50,345 nucleotides of DNA from a virus (Duplodnaviria > Caudoviricetes), in IMG/VR virus record IMGVR_UViG_3300025600_000006, positions 1-50,345 of that record. The stretch is one strand, 5' to 3'. A program made the translations under genes and the position numbers. Below are positions 34,682 through 43,618 of this stretch, piece after piece; within the stretch, counting starts at the first letter, position 1, and each line of letters starts with the position of its first letter. The notes beneath the pieces were generated by a model. It was not told the DNA's origin. It saw only the letters and a program-made list of their open reading frames with translations, and made no database searches.

Positions 34682-34710
34682 ATCCTACCACACTCACCCT
34701 CGCGTTGCAA
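34682..34710 (-). promoter_or_regulatory. Sigma70-type promoter, likely leaderless, for TerS-like gene
   Basis: TTGCAA-17-TAGGAT, 7 nt before ATG. Confidence 0.6.
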
Positions 34711-34798
34711 GACCTCGCCTTCTCGTCCGAATCACCACTTGACCTCAAAAACCCCGGAAAGTGGCGTTGACCTGCGCTTCTTTCCCCATTATAGTCCG

Positions 34799-35031
34799 CT
34801 TTCCCGTTATTCATTTCTCACTTTCATTCGTGCCGACCTGCCCGTTTGTCCAAATCACTTCTCGGTTGCAGTACTTTTAATACTCCTGTCCCTTATATTT
34901 CTACCACCCTCTTTTTACTATATCGTAGACTCTCTTAGGAGCCAAGTACTAAAAGTACTGCAACCGAGAATGTAAACCTTCATTCTATTCGTGCCGACCT
35001 GCCCATTCTCCACAAACCAATAACGGGAAAG
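34799..35031. other. Symmetric repeat element, candidate replication origin
   Basis: Nested 13-bp and 21-bp inverted repeats plus 18-bp direct repeats around an AT-rich core. Confidence 0.55.
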
Positions 35032-35055
35032 TGAATCGAAATCTGTAATGACTTC

Positions 35056-35084
35056 TTGACTTCTACAATCAGAAGGGGTATACT
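35056..35084 (+). promoter_or_regulatory. Sigma70-type promoter
   Basis: TTGACT-17-TATACT. Confidence 0.7.
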
Positions 35085-35131
35085 TTCCTTGTGAGAAGTA
35101 CCGTCATTTTGCCACCGAAAGGACAGCCCAA

Positions 35132-35701
35132 ATGCACGCAGTCAGACGCACCGAGATACCGCCGAGAGGTGTCATTCTCCCGGCCCTCCCCGCGCTCGCG
35201 CGACACCGCAGAACCCCGAAAGCGGGCGAGCCGTACCCCACCGAGTATGGATACACCGCGCTGCTCAAGAGTTTCCTCGCCTCCGACGCGCGGGTATGGG
35301 AGATAGGGTACGACTGCGACATACATACCGTGAACACGACCGCCGAGTCGTTCGCGCAAGCGAAACGCCGGATGGGTTTGGGCACTAGTGTGCTCGTCGC
35401 GCGGCGCGGTGATGCGGTGTTCCTCGCTCGCCCTGACTGGCGGGACTACGCGCCGCACATACCCCCCGCGCGGGTACGCACAGGGGTTGCGCGGGCGCTG
35501 CGGCGGGAGACAGTGGAGGGGATACTACTATATTTCGTCGCATCCGGTGAATCTTCGCGGGTGGTGGATATTCCCCCCACATTCACCCCCGCGCAGATGT
35601 ACGCCGCGCTGCAATACAAGCGCACGCGTCTGGGCGTCAACGCGAGCGTGTCGCTGGATAACAAGACGGGTACGATAACTCTGGAGAGGACAGACCGATG
35701 A
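35132..35701 (+). CDS. Basic hypothetical protein, possibly DNA-binding
   Basis: AAAGGA RBS after promoter; two similar small domains. Confidence 0.6.
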   Translation: MHAVRRTEIPPRGVILPALPALARHRRTPKAGEPYPTEYGYTALLKSFLASDARVWEIGYDCDIHTVNTTAESFAQAKRRMGLGTSVLVARRGDAVFLARPDWRDYAPHIPPARVRTGVARALRRETVEGILLYFVASGESSRVVDIPPTFTPAQMYAALQYKRTRLGVNASVSLDNKTGTITLERTDR

Positions 35702-36237
35702 TTGACTCGCCGTATCTGGTAGGTATGAAGGAAGTCCCGCTACGACGGTCGGTGCCGATAGGGCACCCCAAACCCGGTTGGCGCAACACCGCCCCGACCA
35801 TTGGTCGAGCGGGGTATCGCACGCTGATAGAAGCATTCGAGGCGTCGGATGACGTGGTGGCCGAGGTCGTGTTCGACTACGCGGCATACTTTGTCAAAAA
35901 CGTGTTCGCGGGACTGACTACGGAGCGGATACCTAGCCACCTGCACATCGAGGTGCTGACGCGCGGCGACCGAGTGTTTCTACGCAAGCGCGGCATACCC
36001 GGCGTGTCGCTGCTTGAGGCGCGGCTCGGTCGCTCCGTGTTGCGCGTGGAGTCTTTGGATGCCGACGCACTACGTCTGGCGGCAGAACTCGACGGGGCAC
36101 CGACGGACGGGACGCGCTCAATCGTCGGGCGCGCCATTGCTACCGTGCGTGGCAATCTGGCCGCAGAGCAACGGAAGCAGATACGCATACGCGAGGTGAT
36201 TGAGGGACTGACGCGAGGGGAGCCGCAAGCGTACTGA
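35698..36237 (+). CDS. Hypothetical protein, related in part to upstream ORF
   Basis: ATGA coupling; GY..L...F.ASD..V.E and RGD.VFL shared with 35132-35701. Confidence 0.6.
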   Translation: MIDSPYLVGMKEVPLRRSVPIGHPKPGWRNTAPTIGRAGYRTLIEAFEASDDVVAEVVFDYAAYFVKNVFAGLTTERIPSHLHIEVLTRGDRVFLRKRGIPGVSLLEARLGRSVLRVESLDADALRLAAELDGAPTDGTRSIVGRAIATVRGNLAAEQRKQIRIREVIEGLTRGEPQAY

Positions 36238-36324
36238 AACTGCCTCTTGACAAACGCCCAGAGATAGCGCACTATGTAGGTACAGAGCACGACACGGACG
36301 CCGAGACGAAAGGAGTAGGGGACG

Positions 36325-36576
36325 ATGCACACAGCAGCACCGTGGACGTACGACGGGAAGGGCGTCAATCGTGCAGACGAGTATCACAGCCGACTGGCGA
36401 CCCTGAACGGAGAATACACAAAGGACGACGGCGCACTACTGGCCGCAGCGCCTGACCTGTACCACGCGTTGTGTGACCTCATGGAACGCATCGACGACCT
36501 TGACGCATACTCGTGTGCGTTCGAGCACGACGCGGCCCGCGCCGCAATCGCACGAGCGGAGGGTCGCAATGCCTAA
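36325..36576 (+). CDS. Hypothetical protein
   Basis: HTAAPW...LLAAAPDLY.AL...ARAAIARAEG, a common phage early-gene motif. Confidence 0.7.
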   Translation: MHTAAPWTYDGKGVNRADEYHSRLATLNGEYTKDDGALLAAAPDLYHALCDLMERIDDLDAYSCAFEHDAARAAIARAEGRNA

Positions 36577-37288
36577 GACGTGGAGCGAGGACAAGACGGC
36601 GTACACCGCCAAGGAACTGCTAGAGGCGCACCCCGTCGCGTTCATCAACGCACGCGACGAGTACGCGCAGGACAGCGACATGTTGGAGTGGCGCCGTGAG
36701 GAGGGTGTGGACGACTTCACGGAGTGCATCATCCCGGCGCTCGGACTCACCCTCGCCGACGAGAAGCGCGCAATCGCCTACAGCCTCGGTAACTACAACG
36801 GGACGGACTACACCGCACTCGGGACGGACGCTACAGTAGCAGACTGGCCGACATTCCTGCTCGCGCTCGACGGACACCCGGACGAGAACATCGCACCGGA
36901 CGCTACCGACCCGGCACAGCGCGTGCACATCGACAAGCGCTCGGCAATCTATCGCGCACTCCGTAACGGTAACGCATCGCTGTACTTCGCGGGTAACTTC
37001 GGGTATCGCGGTCCGTCACGCAGCGAGGCGATAATTGAGATTGACAACTATCAGTACAACCTCGACGCGGCGACCGTAGACAACTTGGAGCGACAGGCCG
37101 AGGCACTGACCGCAGACCTCACCGATTGGATTGATGCAATCGTGCAGCACGTCGCGGTACGCATCATGGCAGATGTGGAGTACGACACCTCCGAGGATGG
37201 ATTCCTTGAGGCCGCAGAGGGCAATGACTGGTACTTCGACGAGGACGGCCACATGACCGACCCGCCCGACGACGCCAAGGAGGCGTAG
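36569..37288 (+). CDS. Acidic hypothetical protein
   Basis: GGAGG RBS; EYDTSEDGF.E....NDWYFDEDG tail. Confidence 0.7.
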   Translation: MPKTWSEDKTAYTAKELLEAHPVAFINARDEYAQDSDMLEWRREEGVDDFTECIIPALGLTLADEKRAIAYSLGNYNGTDYTALGTDATVADWPTFLLALDGHPDENIAPDATDPAQRVHIDKRSAIYRALRNGNASLYFAGNFGYRGPSRSEAIIEIDNYQYNLDAATVDNLERQAEALTADLTDWIDAIVQHVAVRIMADVEYDTSEDGFLEAAEGNDWYFDEDGHMTDPPDDAKEA

Positions 37289-37290
37289 AC

Positions 37291-37635
37291 ATGACTGACT
37301 TTGCAGGACTGGACGTATTCGACTCGCGCAGCATCGACGACCGCATCGAGGAGTTGGAGAACGACATTGACGAGAACACCGACGACGAGGAGTTGGAAAC
37401 ACTCCTCGCGTTCCGCGATGACGTAGGCTCGTCCGAGTGGGGGTACGGTATCACGTTCATCGCTGACTCGTACTTCGAGGACTACGCCCGCGACTACGCG
37501 GACGATATGGACATACTGTCCAATGTTGGCGGCTGGCCCTTCACCTGCATCAACTGGGAGCAGGCGGCGGCTGATTTGCAGATGAACTACTCAGCCGTCG
37601 AACTCGACGGGTACACCTACTGGTTCTTGGCATGA
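37291..37635 (+). CDS. Highly acidic ArdA-like antirestriction candidate
   Basis: FEDYARDY...WPFTCINWEQAAADLQMNY resembles ArdA C-terminal domain. Confidence 0.55.
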   Translation: MTDFAGLDVFDSRSIDDRIEELENDIDENTDDEELETLLAFRDDVGSSEWGYGITFIADSYFEDYARDYADDMDILSNVGGWPFTCINWEQAAADLQMNYSAVELDGYTYWFLA

Positions 37636-38138
37636 GCGCCTACTTGCTCACGCCGTGGGGCGAACGCGCGAACCTCACCACCTTCGCTCGCGTCCGTACC
37701 CTCCTCGCCTCGAAACTTGCCCGCGCACGCGGCCCGGAGCCGAAACTCTGCGGTGCCACGACCGTGCGCTACGGATTGGGGTGCGCCCCCGAACAGAACA
37801 TCATCGTGTGCCTTCACGTCACCGATATCGTGAAGTTCCTTCCCGACGGCTCGGCTGTGCTCGATTGGGCCGGGTGGCACACGGTCACGACGAACGACCG
37901 CATGACCGGCGTGCTCCCTCTCGGCTACGGCGTGTCGGGACTCGCGCAGATAGTCGTGCGTACGCCCCTCGGTCTCCACGCGTGCCCGCTCGGCGTCCGT
38001 GTCCGCATCGGCGCGCGTGGCGCTGTCACATGGGAGAGTCGCGCGGGTCGTTGGGTCAAGGCGCAGCGGTTCACGCTTGACGAGTGGCGGCGGGCCGAGT
38101 ACGCGGCGAAGAAACTACCCTACGGCGGAGAGGACTGA
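37632..38138 (+). CDS. Hypothetical protein
   Basis: LHVTDIV...GWHTVTTNDRM; coupled ORF. Confidence 0.6.
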   Translation: MSAYLLTPWGERANLTTFARVRTLLASKLARARGPEPKLCGATTVRYGLGCAPEQNIIVCLHVTDIVKFLPDGSAVLDWAGWHTVTTNDRMTGVLPLGYGVSGLAQIVVRTPLGLHACPLGVRVRIGARGAVTWESRAGRWVKAQRFTLDEWRRAEYAAKKLPYGGED

Positions 38139-38139
38139 C

Positions 38140-38361
38140 ATGCGCTACACCCGGATACCAATCTACTTCGTGCAGCACAACGACTGTCGGCTCTGCCTGT
38201 ATGGACGCAAACCGAACCTGTGGGAGCGACTTGTGAAGAAGTACACACCCGATTGGCGCGCGGCGGTCTGTACTTCACCGAAGGCCATCGTCTCCGGGTG
38301 TTACCCCATTGACCACGGAGAGAACGAGCACTTGCCCTGCCGACTCTATAAGGAAAGGTGA
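38140..38361 (+). CDS. Cys-rich hypothetical protein
   Basis: GAGGA RBS; coupled ORF. Confidence 0.55.
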   Translation: MRYTRIPIYFVQHNDCRLCLYGRKPNLWERLVKKYTPDWRAAVCTSPKAIVSGCYPIDHGENEHLPCRLYKER

Positions 38362-38585
38362 TAGTTGTGAGCGACTACACTCTTGACGACTACCGTATCG
38401 ACGAACCTCTCTCTGCGGACGACTTCCCGCAGACCGCCGCATCGACCCCGTGCTCGCGGTGCGTGTACGGCGGCAACTTCGACTGCTTCCTCGGTGAGGA
38501 CAGAGACGGATACTCGCCGTGTACCATCTTCGAGGACGCAGACGACGAAGAACTCGGACACACGACTTGGACGCACGACGCCTAA
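38358..38585 (+). CDS. Acidic Cys-containing hypothetical protein
   Basis: GTGA coupling. Confidence 0.5.
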   Translation: MIVVSDYTLDDYRIDEPLSADDFPQTAASTPCSRCVYGGNFDCFLGEDRDGYSPCTIFEDADDEELGHTTWTHDA

Positions 38586-38605
38586 CCCCTGAACATCGGA
38601 GTCCT

Positions 38606-38968
38606 ATGCGACGCCTACTCCCTTTGCTCCTACTCCTTGTCCTACTCGCCCCGACGACCGCGTACGCTGTCCCGCACTACTCGCAAGCGTACAGCACTTC
38701 CGCGATACGGCACGAGGCACACGATGCACACTACGGGCTGACACAGACGAACGCACTCCTGCACCTCGCACGGCACGAGTCCAACACTCACAACTGGTCG
38801 AGCAATCACGGACACTACCTCGGCCTGTTCCAACTTCACAACACGATGTGCTCCCGTTGGTGGTACTCACCGTACTACAACACAAGACGAGCGATTCGAT
38901 ATATCAAACACAGGTACGGCACTCCGACCAGAGCGCTCTCACACTATCACCGCTACTCTTGGTACTAA
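38606..38968 (+). CDS. Secreted lytic transglycosylase (SLT/Rpf-like)
   Basis: Signal peptide ending AYA; RHES catalytic Glu, GLFQ, YIKHRYGTP...WY. Confidence 0.75.
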   Translation: MRRLLPLLLLLVLLAPTTAYAVPHYSQAYSTSAIRHEAHDAHYGLTQTNALLHLARHESNTHNWSSNHGHYLGLFQLHNTMCSRWWYSPYYNTRRAIRYIKHRYGTPTRALSHYHRYSWY

Positions 38969-38978
38969 GGAGACTGAC

Positions 38979-39254
38979 ATGACGAAACGAACGACGCAAC
39001 ATCCCCCGGCACCTTGCGGCGATTGCCCCGGCTGCCCGGACGGAGTCTGCACACTCGGCAAAGACCTAGCCAACATCATCGCTACGCTGGTTCGTTGCGA
39101 GAAGCGGGAAACCGACTTGGGCGCGATGTGCCTGTGGCTGGCGGAACACAACACGGAAATCGTCTACCGCGAACACTCGCTGAATGGGTACAACCACTGG
39201 CCGAGTAGTTGCGCTGATGTGCGGCTTGCGGCAGCGAGAGAGGCGACACAATGA
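38979..39254 (+). CDS. Cys-rich hypothetical protein
   Basis: AAGGAG RBS. Confidence 0.55.
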   Translation: MTKRTTQHPPAPCGDCPGCPDGVCTLGKDLANIIATLVRCEKRETDLGAMCLWLAEHNTEIVYREHSLNGYNHWPSSCADVRLAAAREATQ

Positions 39255-39460
39255 AACGCTCAGACAAGGTGTTCCGATTCATCGGCAAACTTCTCGTCTA
39301 CCTGCTCGCGGTGTTCCCCGCGTACGCGGCACTCTCACCTCTCGTATTCACGCCCGGCGCTCCGTGGTTCACCCGCGCCGCGTTGGCGTGGCTCACGCTC
39401 CTCTCATACCTGTGTCTGAATCGGCTCCTGTGGCCCGACCAGACGGAGTGTGTGCTGTGA
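39251..39460 (+). CDS. Small two-TM membrane protein
   Basis: Hydrophobic; ATGA coupling. Confidence 0.55.
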   Translation: MKRSDKVFRFIGKLLVYLLAVFPAYAALSPLVFTPGAPWFTRAALAWLTLLSYLCLNRLLWPDQTECVL

Positions 39461-39834
39461 ACATCCTAGCGCCACACAAAGAGCAAGATGGATGGGTATA
39501 TGTTCGCACGCTCGCAAAGGCCGTCCGCCCGTGGAGGCACTTTGCTCACGCTCCCGCAATATCGGGTGCCCCCGAGCGCGCGCAGGGCGCACCCTTTGGC
39601 GCGGCGATTCTCTACGACGAAGACCGGCCTGAGTCGCGCCGCATCTCCTCACGCCGCGTCGAGAAGGCCGTCGAGAACGACGACTATCTCAAGCGGTGCA
39701 CGGACGAGGGACTGTTCGTGAAGTTTAGTCCCTTTGGTGAAGTGACGGTGCAGGGGCCGTTGGACGAGTATGTTCCGCATGAGGCTCCCACACTTCACGA
39801 GGCGTACTACCGCTACAAGGCGGTGCCGCGATGA
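39457..39834 (+). CDS. Hypothetical protein
   Basis: GTGA coupling, GGAG RBS. Confidence 0.5.
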   Translation: MNILAPHKEQDGWVYVRTLAKAVRPWRHFAHAPAISGAPERAQGAPFGAAILYDEDRPESRRISSRRVEKAVENDDYLKRCTDEGLFVKFSPFGEVTVQGPLDEYVPHEAPTLHEAYYRYKAVPR

Positions 39835-39986
39835 GCCGCACATTCCGAGTCGTCCTGTTCGCGCTCGGCATGACGCTCGCAATCAACGCCGTGACGCTCC
39901 CCGACCCCATCGGTCGCGCTATCGCCATAGCACTCGGTATCGGCGTAGCGTGCGCGGGGGTGTTCGCTGATGAGCGTCGTCAGTGA
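39831..39986 (+). CDS. 51-aa two-TM peptide
   Basis: ATGA coupling; hydrophobic. Confidence 0.45.
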   Translation: MSRTFRVVLFALGMTLAINAVTLPDPIGRAIAIALGIGVACAGVFADERRQ

Positions 39987-40341
39987 TAAGCACGCCATCC
40001 GTGAGGCGATACGCGCCGAGGGGCTTGCGTTCGGCTCCGACCGCATCTGCCCGGTGTGCTTCACCAAGCCGAAGGACGCCGCATCGGAGATGTGCGACTC
40101 CTGCCGACGCAAGCAGCCTGTCCCCAAGACGCAGGGACGACCGCCGAAGTACAGCGACGATGCTATCGTCAGCATGATATCCTACGGCGAGAACACCCCC
40201 GACAAACTGCTCGCAGCGTGCGGACTGCACTCCAAGACGACGATGATACGCCGTCTGCGCCGACTGCACGCCGAGGGTCGCGTGTACCTGACCGAGCGTG
40301 TACGCAGGCTCGGGTTCACTGTCAAAGTAAGGGAGGGATAG
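39970..40341 (+). CDS. Zinc finger plus winged-HTH-like protein
   Basis: CPVC...CDSC, GRPPKY, SKTTMIRRLRRL..EGRV. Confidence 0.6.
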   Translation: MSVVSDKHAIREAIRAEGLAFGSDRICPVCFTKPKDAASEMCDSCRRKQPVPKTQGRPPKYSDDAIVSMISYGENTPDKLLAACGLHSKTTMIRRLRRLHAEGRVYLTERVRRLGFTVKVREG

Positions 40342-40343
40342 AC

Positions 40344-40898
40344 ATGATTCCCGAACCAAACCCAAGTGGATTGTGTTGGTGCGGTTGTGGACAAACGACC
40401 AGTCTCTCTCCGCGAAACCACAAACGAGCAGGACACGTGAAGGGTTGTCCCGTTCGGTACATCCACACGCATCATCTTGCCAAATCGCCAGTCGAGTATC
40501 TCGAACAGGACTGTGGCTACAAGACCCCGTGTTGGGTGTGGCAGCGGTATACCGACGCCGGGGGTTACGCTCAAGTTAACACAGGTAATCAACGAACCGC
40601 CCCAGCACACCGGTTCTACTGGGAGCGCGAGAACGGCCCGATTCCCGACGGGTTGCAGTTGGACCACCTGTGTCGTAATCGTGCCTGTGTTCGACCGTCA
40701 CATCTAGAACCAGTAACCCAGACGGAGAACATCAGACGCGGCGCGGGTACGAAACTCAATGCGGCGGTCGTCCGGATACTTCGTGCCAGATACGCGGCGG
40801 GCGGGGTCACGTGTCCCGCCTTGGGACGCGAGTATGGGGTAGCGGCCACCACCATACACCACGCGATAGTGGGCTACACGTGGGCGGACGTGACCTGA
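40344..40898 (+). CDS. HNH homing endonuclease
   Basis: CWCGCG, CWVW, AHR, LDHLCRNRACVRPSHLEPVTQTEN. Confidence 0.9.
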   Translation: MIPEPNPSGLCWCGCGQTTSLSPRNHKRAGHVKGCPVRYIHTHHLAKSPVEYLEQDCGYKTPCWVWQRYTDAGGYAQVNTGNQRTAPAHRFYWERENGPIPDGLQLDHLCRNRACVRPSHLEPVTQTENIRRGAGTKLNAAVVRILRARYAAGGVTCPALGREYGVAATTIHHAIVGYTWADVT

Positions 40899-42292
40899 TG
40901 GGGTATGTGTTGTACGAACATCAAAAACACATGTTGGAACTGCTCACAGCCCACGACCGATTCTTGTTGCTTCCCGAACAGGGAACCGGTAAGACGTTGC
41001 CGACCTTGGTACACATCTCGAACCTCATCCTCGCAGGTGAGGCCGAGAGCGTGTTGATAGTGGCTCCGTTGTCAGGACTCGGTGCGTGGCGGCGGGACAT
41101 CGCCAAATTCCCACCCGCTCGCAGGGACGCGCTGAACAAGGCCATCACGTTAATCAACTACGACCGGCTATCTAGAAAGAACAGCAAGTACCAGAAGGAT
41201 ACGTGGCGGACGTGGGGTGTCGTGGTGCTCGACGAGTCGCACGCGGTCAAGAAGCCGACGAGCAACCGGACGCAGTACTTCATCGGCAAAGGCGCGGCGC
41301 TTGGGCTGGTGAGCAAGGCCAAGTACGTCTACCTGCTCACCGGAACGCTCATCACCAACAGCCACCTAGAGGACGCATGGGCACCGCTTCGCGCGGTCCT
41401 CGGGGACGAGTGGCTGACGTGGGCAGACTTCAAGCGGCACTACCTCGTCACGAAGAACCTCCCCGGCTCGTACGCGGAGATAATCGTGGGGTACCGCAAT
41501 CGTGCGGAACTGCTCGACCTGCTCGCGCAGCATTCCTACCGTGTGCTGAAGAAGGACTGTCTCGACCTACCCAAGGTGCAGGACGACGAGGTGATTGTGG
41601 TCCCGTTCGCCACAGGCAAGAACGCCGAGCCGTTCGGCAAGTCCACCCGCGAACTCTACAACGACGCGCTGGAGTCGTATGTCGAGGCTCTGGACATGGT
41701 GATGGACAATCCACTCACACGCATGATGCGGCTACGCCAGATAGCGGCAGGACACATCAGCGAGAGCGGGACAATCGACGAGACCGGACGCAAGGTCGCG
41801 GGTGCACGATACCCGCTCAACTCACTCAAGACGAAGTACGCCGTCGAACTCATCGAGGCGAATCTACCCAAGAAAATAGTAGTTTTTTACAATTTCACTG
41901 AGTCCTGTGCATCACTGGAGGCAGCGCTGAAGCGTAGAGGTATCGCGTATCACACACTCAACGGACAGACCAAGGACAAGAACGTCTGGATGACATTCCA
42001 GAAGGACGCGACTCCTGTGTTCATCGGTCAGTACCAGAGTGCGTCGAGGGCCATCGACCTGTTCGCAGCGAGCCGAACAATCTATTTGGAGCCGTCTGAC
42101 TCATCCGAGATAATGGAGCAGAGTCGGGCACGCACCGACCGCAACGGGCAGACGGAAAGTTGCGTCTTTACATTCCTGCTAACCGAGGGTACGATAGAGG
42201 AGACCATGTACAAGACCCTGCTCGGACATAGTGACTTCGCCGAGGCGGGCTATCGGGAGATAGCGAGAGCACAACTGAAAGGTGGCAACTGA
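40898..42292 (+). CDS. SNF2-family (SF2) helicase
   Basis: EQGTGKT, VLDESH, LLTGT, QSRARTDRNGQ. Confidence 0.9.
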   Translation: MGYVLYEHQKHMLELLTAHDRFLLLPEQGTGKTLPTLVHISNLILAGEAESVLIVAPLSGLGAWRRDIAKFPPARRDALNKAITLINYDRLSRKNSKYQKDTWRTWGVVVLDESHAVKKPTSNRTQYFIGKGAALGLVSKAKYVYLLTGTLITNSHLEDAWAPLRAVLGDEWLTWADFKRHYLVTKNLPGSYAEIIVGYRNRAELLDLLAQHSYRVLKKDCLDLPKVQDDEVIVVPFATGKNAEPFGKSTRELYNDALESYVEALDMVMDNPLTRMMRLRQIAAGHISESGTIDETGRKVAGARYPLNSLKTKYAVELIEANLPKKIVVFYNFTESCASLEAALKRRGIAYHTLNGQTKDKNVWMTFQKDATPVFIGQYQSASRAIDLFAASRTIYLEPSDSSEIMEQSRARTDRNGQTESCVFTFLLTEGTIEETMYKTLLGHSDFAEAGYREIARAQLKGGN

Positions 42293-42633
42293 TGGATGAC
42301 AGAATGGTTCGAGCAATCGCAATCGTGGCGGGTTCGCTCGCGGAGGTGGATTCGCCATTCGCTGCCGAGGTGTTCGACGGTGTGCTGCGCCCCTACATCA
42401 CCCGCATCGAGCGTGAGCGGGACGCGGCACGCAAGACGGTACGCGAATGGATAGCGCAAAACGCGCCCGGAGGTTGGATAGACGACCTGCGGCGGGAGCG
42501 GGACAAGTGGGTACTGCGGGCGCATGACGAGCAGGAGCGGGCTATCGCGGCTGTGCGCGTGGTGGAGTGGCTGGATGCCAACTACCCCGAGGTCGCCGAG
42601 CAATACACCTACGATGCGGCGGTGGCGAGATGA
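42292..42633 (+). CDS. Coiled-coil hypothetical protein
   Basis: TGATG coupling. Confidence 0.55.
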   Translation: MDDRMVRAIAIVAGSLAEVDSPFAAEVFDGVLRPYITRIERERDAARKTVREWIAQNAPGGWIDDLRRERDKWVLRAHDEQERAIAAVRVVEWLDANYPEVAEQYTYDAAVAR

Positions 42634-42806
42634 CGCCCCACGAGCGGACTCAGCGAGACAGGATGTGCAAATCGAAGAAGCGCTACGAGACCGTCGGTGC
42701 GGCTATCCGCGCCGCCCTCGGGTCGAGCAAGTCATTCGCTCATGCGATGAGGTGGTACCGCTGCAAATATTGCGGAAAGTACCACGTCACTTCTCAGATA
42801 CGCTGA
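42630..42806 (+). CDS. Small zinc-binding protein
   Basis: C..KKRY...YRCKYCGKYHVT. Confidence 0.65.
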   Translation: MTPHERTQRDRMCKSKKRYETVGAAIRAALGSSKSFAHAMRWYRCKYCGKYHVTSQIR

Positions 42807-42809
42807 GGG

Positions 42810-43244
42810 CTACTTACCGAACAGACTAATGAGGCTGATGATGATTCCGACGGCGGCGAACAGATACGCGACGAACACGCTGCCCTGTGACGCCTTGCCC
42901 CGTGTCACCGCCAGTTCCTCTTGGACGACGGCGATGCTCTTCCCCTGCGTGTCGATTCGACTGTTCGTTTCGCTCACTCGCGCATCGGCGTCGGTCTTTG
43001 CTTTAGCCATCGCGCTTTCGGCCTCGCGCTTTGCTGTCGTCACATCGCCGCGTATTTGGATGAAGTCGCCATCGAATCGCTGACCGCGTTCTTGAAACTG
43101 AGCGTGGGTCACGAATACGCTGCTCTGCTCGTCTATCTTGCAGCGTAGTGTCTCCAGACCCCCGAGGAACTCGAAACGTATCTTCGAGAGTTCGCTGTAG
43201 ACTAGCGCCAGCGTCACTCGCTCGCTAGGTGTGTCGTCGGTCAT
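42810..43244 (-). CDS. Coiled-coil protein with C-terminal TM anchor, lysis-accessory-like
   Basis: Own promoter, GGAG RBS, C-terminal VFVAYLFAAVGIIISLISLF. Confidence 0.6.
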   Translation of the reverse strand: MTDDTPSERVTLALVYSELSKIRFEFLGGLETLRCKIDEQSSVFVTHAQFQERGQRFDGDFIQIRGDVTTAKREAESAMAKAKTDADARVSETNSRIDTQGKSIAVVQEELAVTRGKASQGSVFVAYLFAAVGIIISLISLFGK

Positions 43245-43288
43245 GGGTCTCCAGAAGGGTATGCACGCAGCACGGATAGATGAGGTTC

Positions 43289-43359
43289 ATTATACACTAC
43301 CGTGGGTGAACGGGCAACCCTGACTCATCCTTGCACTTCACCGTCCGTTGTGTTAGGGT
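43289..43359. promoter_or_regulatory. Back-to-back sigma70-type promoters
   Basis: Minus TTGCCC-17-TATAAT; plus TTGCAC-17-TAGGGT. Confidence 0.6.
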
Positions 43360-43387
43360 AGACATCCGAGAAGGAGGGGAACGCAAC

Positions 43388-43618
43388 ATGGCACGTCGTA
43401 AGACTCTAGAACCTCCGTGCGACCCCACGACCGTCGCCACCGGCGACCTCGTGACCGCTCGTATGTACCCTTGCCGCACATACTACAACAAGCCGGTCCT
43501 CATCACGGGTATCGTCCGTGAGGTCGTCGAGGGGTGGCTCTCACTCAAGTCAGCAGGCGGGTATCATACCGTGCGGCTCATCGACATCGTGAAAATCAAA
43601 GCGGGCACGCAAGTATGA
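43388..43618 (+). CDS. Hypothetical protein
   Basis: GGAGG RBS; coupled to primase. Confidence 0.6.
   Translation: MARRKTLEPPCDPTTVATGDLVTARMYPCRTYYNKPVLITGIVREVVEGWLSLKSAGGYHTVRLIDIVKIKAGTQV

Noticed and set aside
37495-37506. YADD motif as the missing DGR reverse transcriptase
   Set aside because: It lies in a 114-aa acidic protein with no other RT motifs; far too short.
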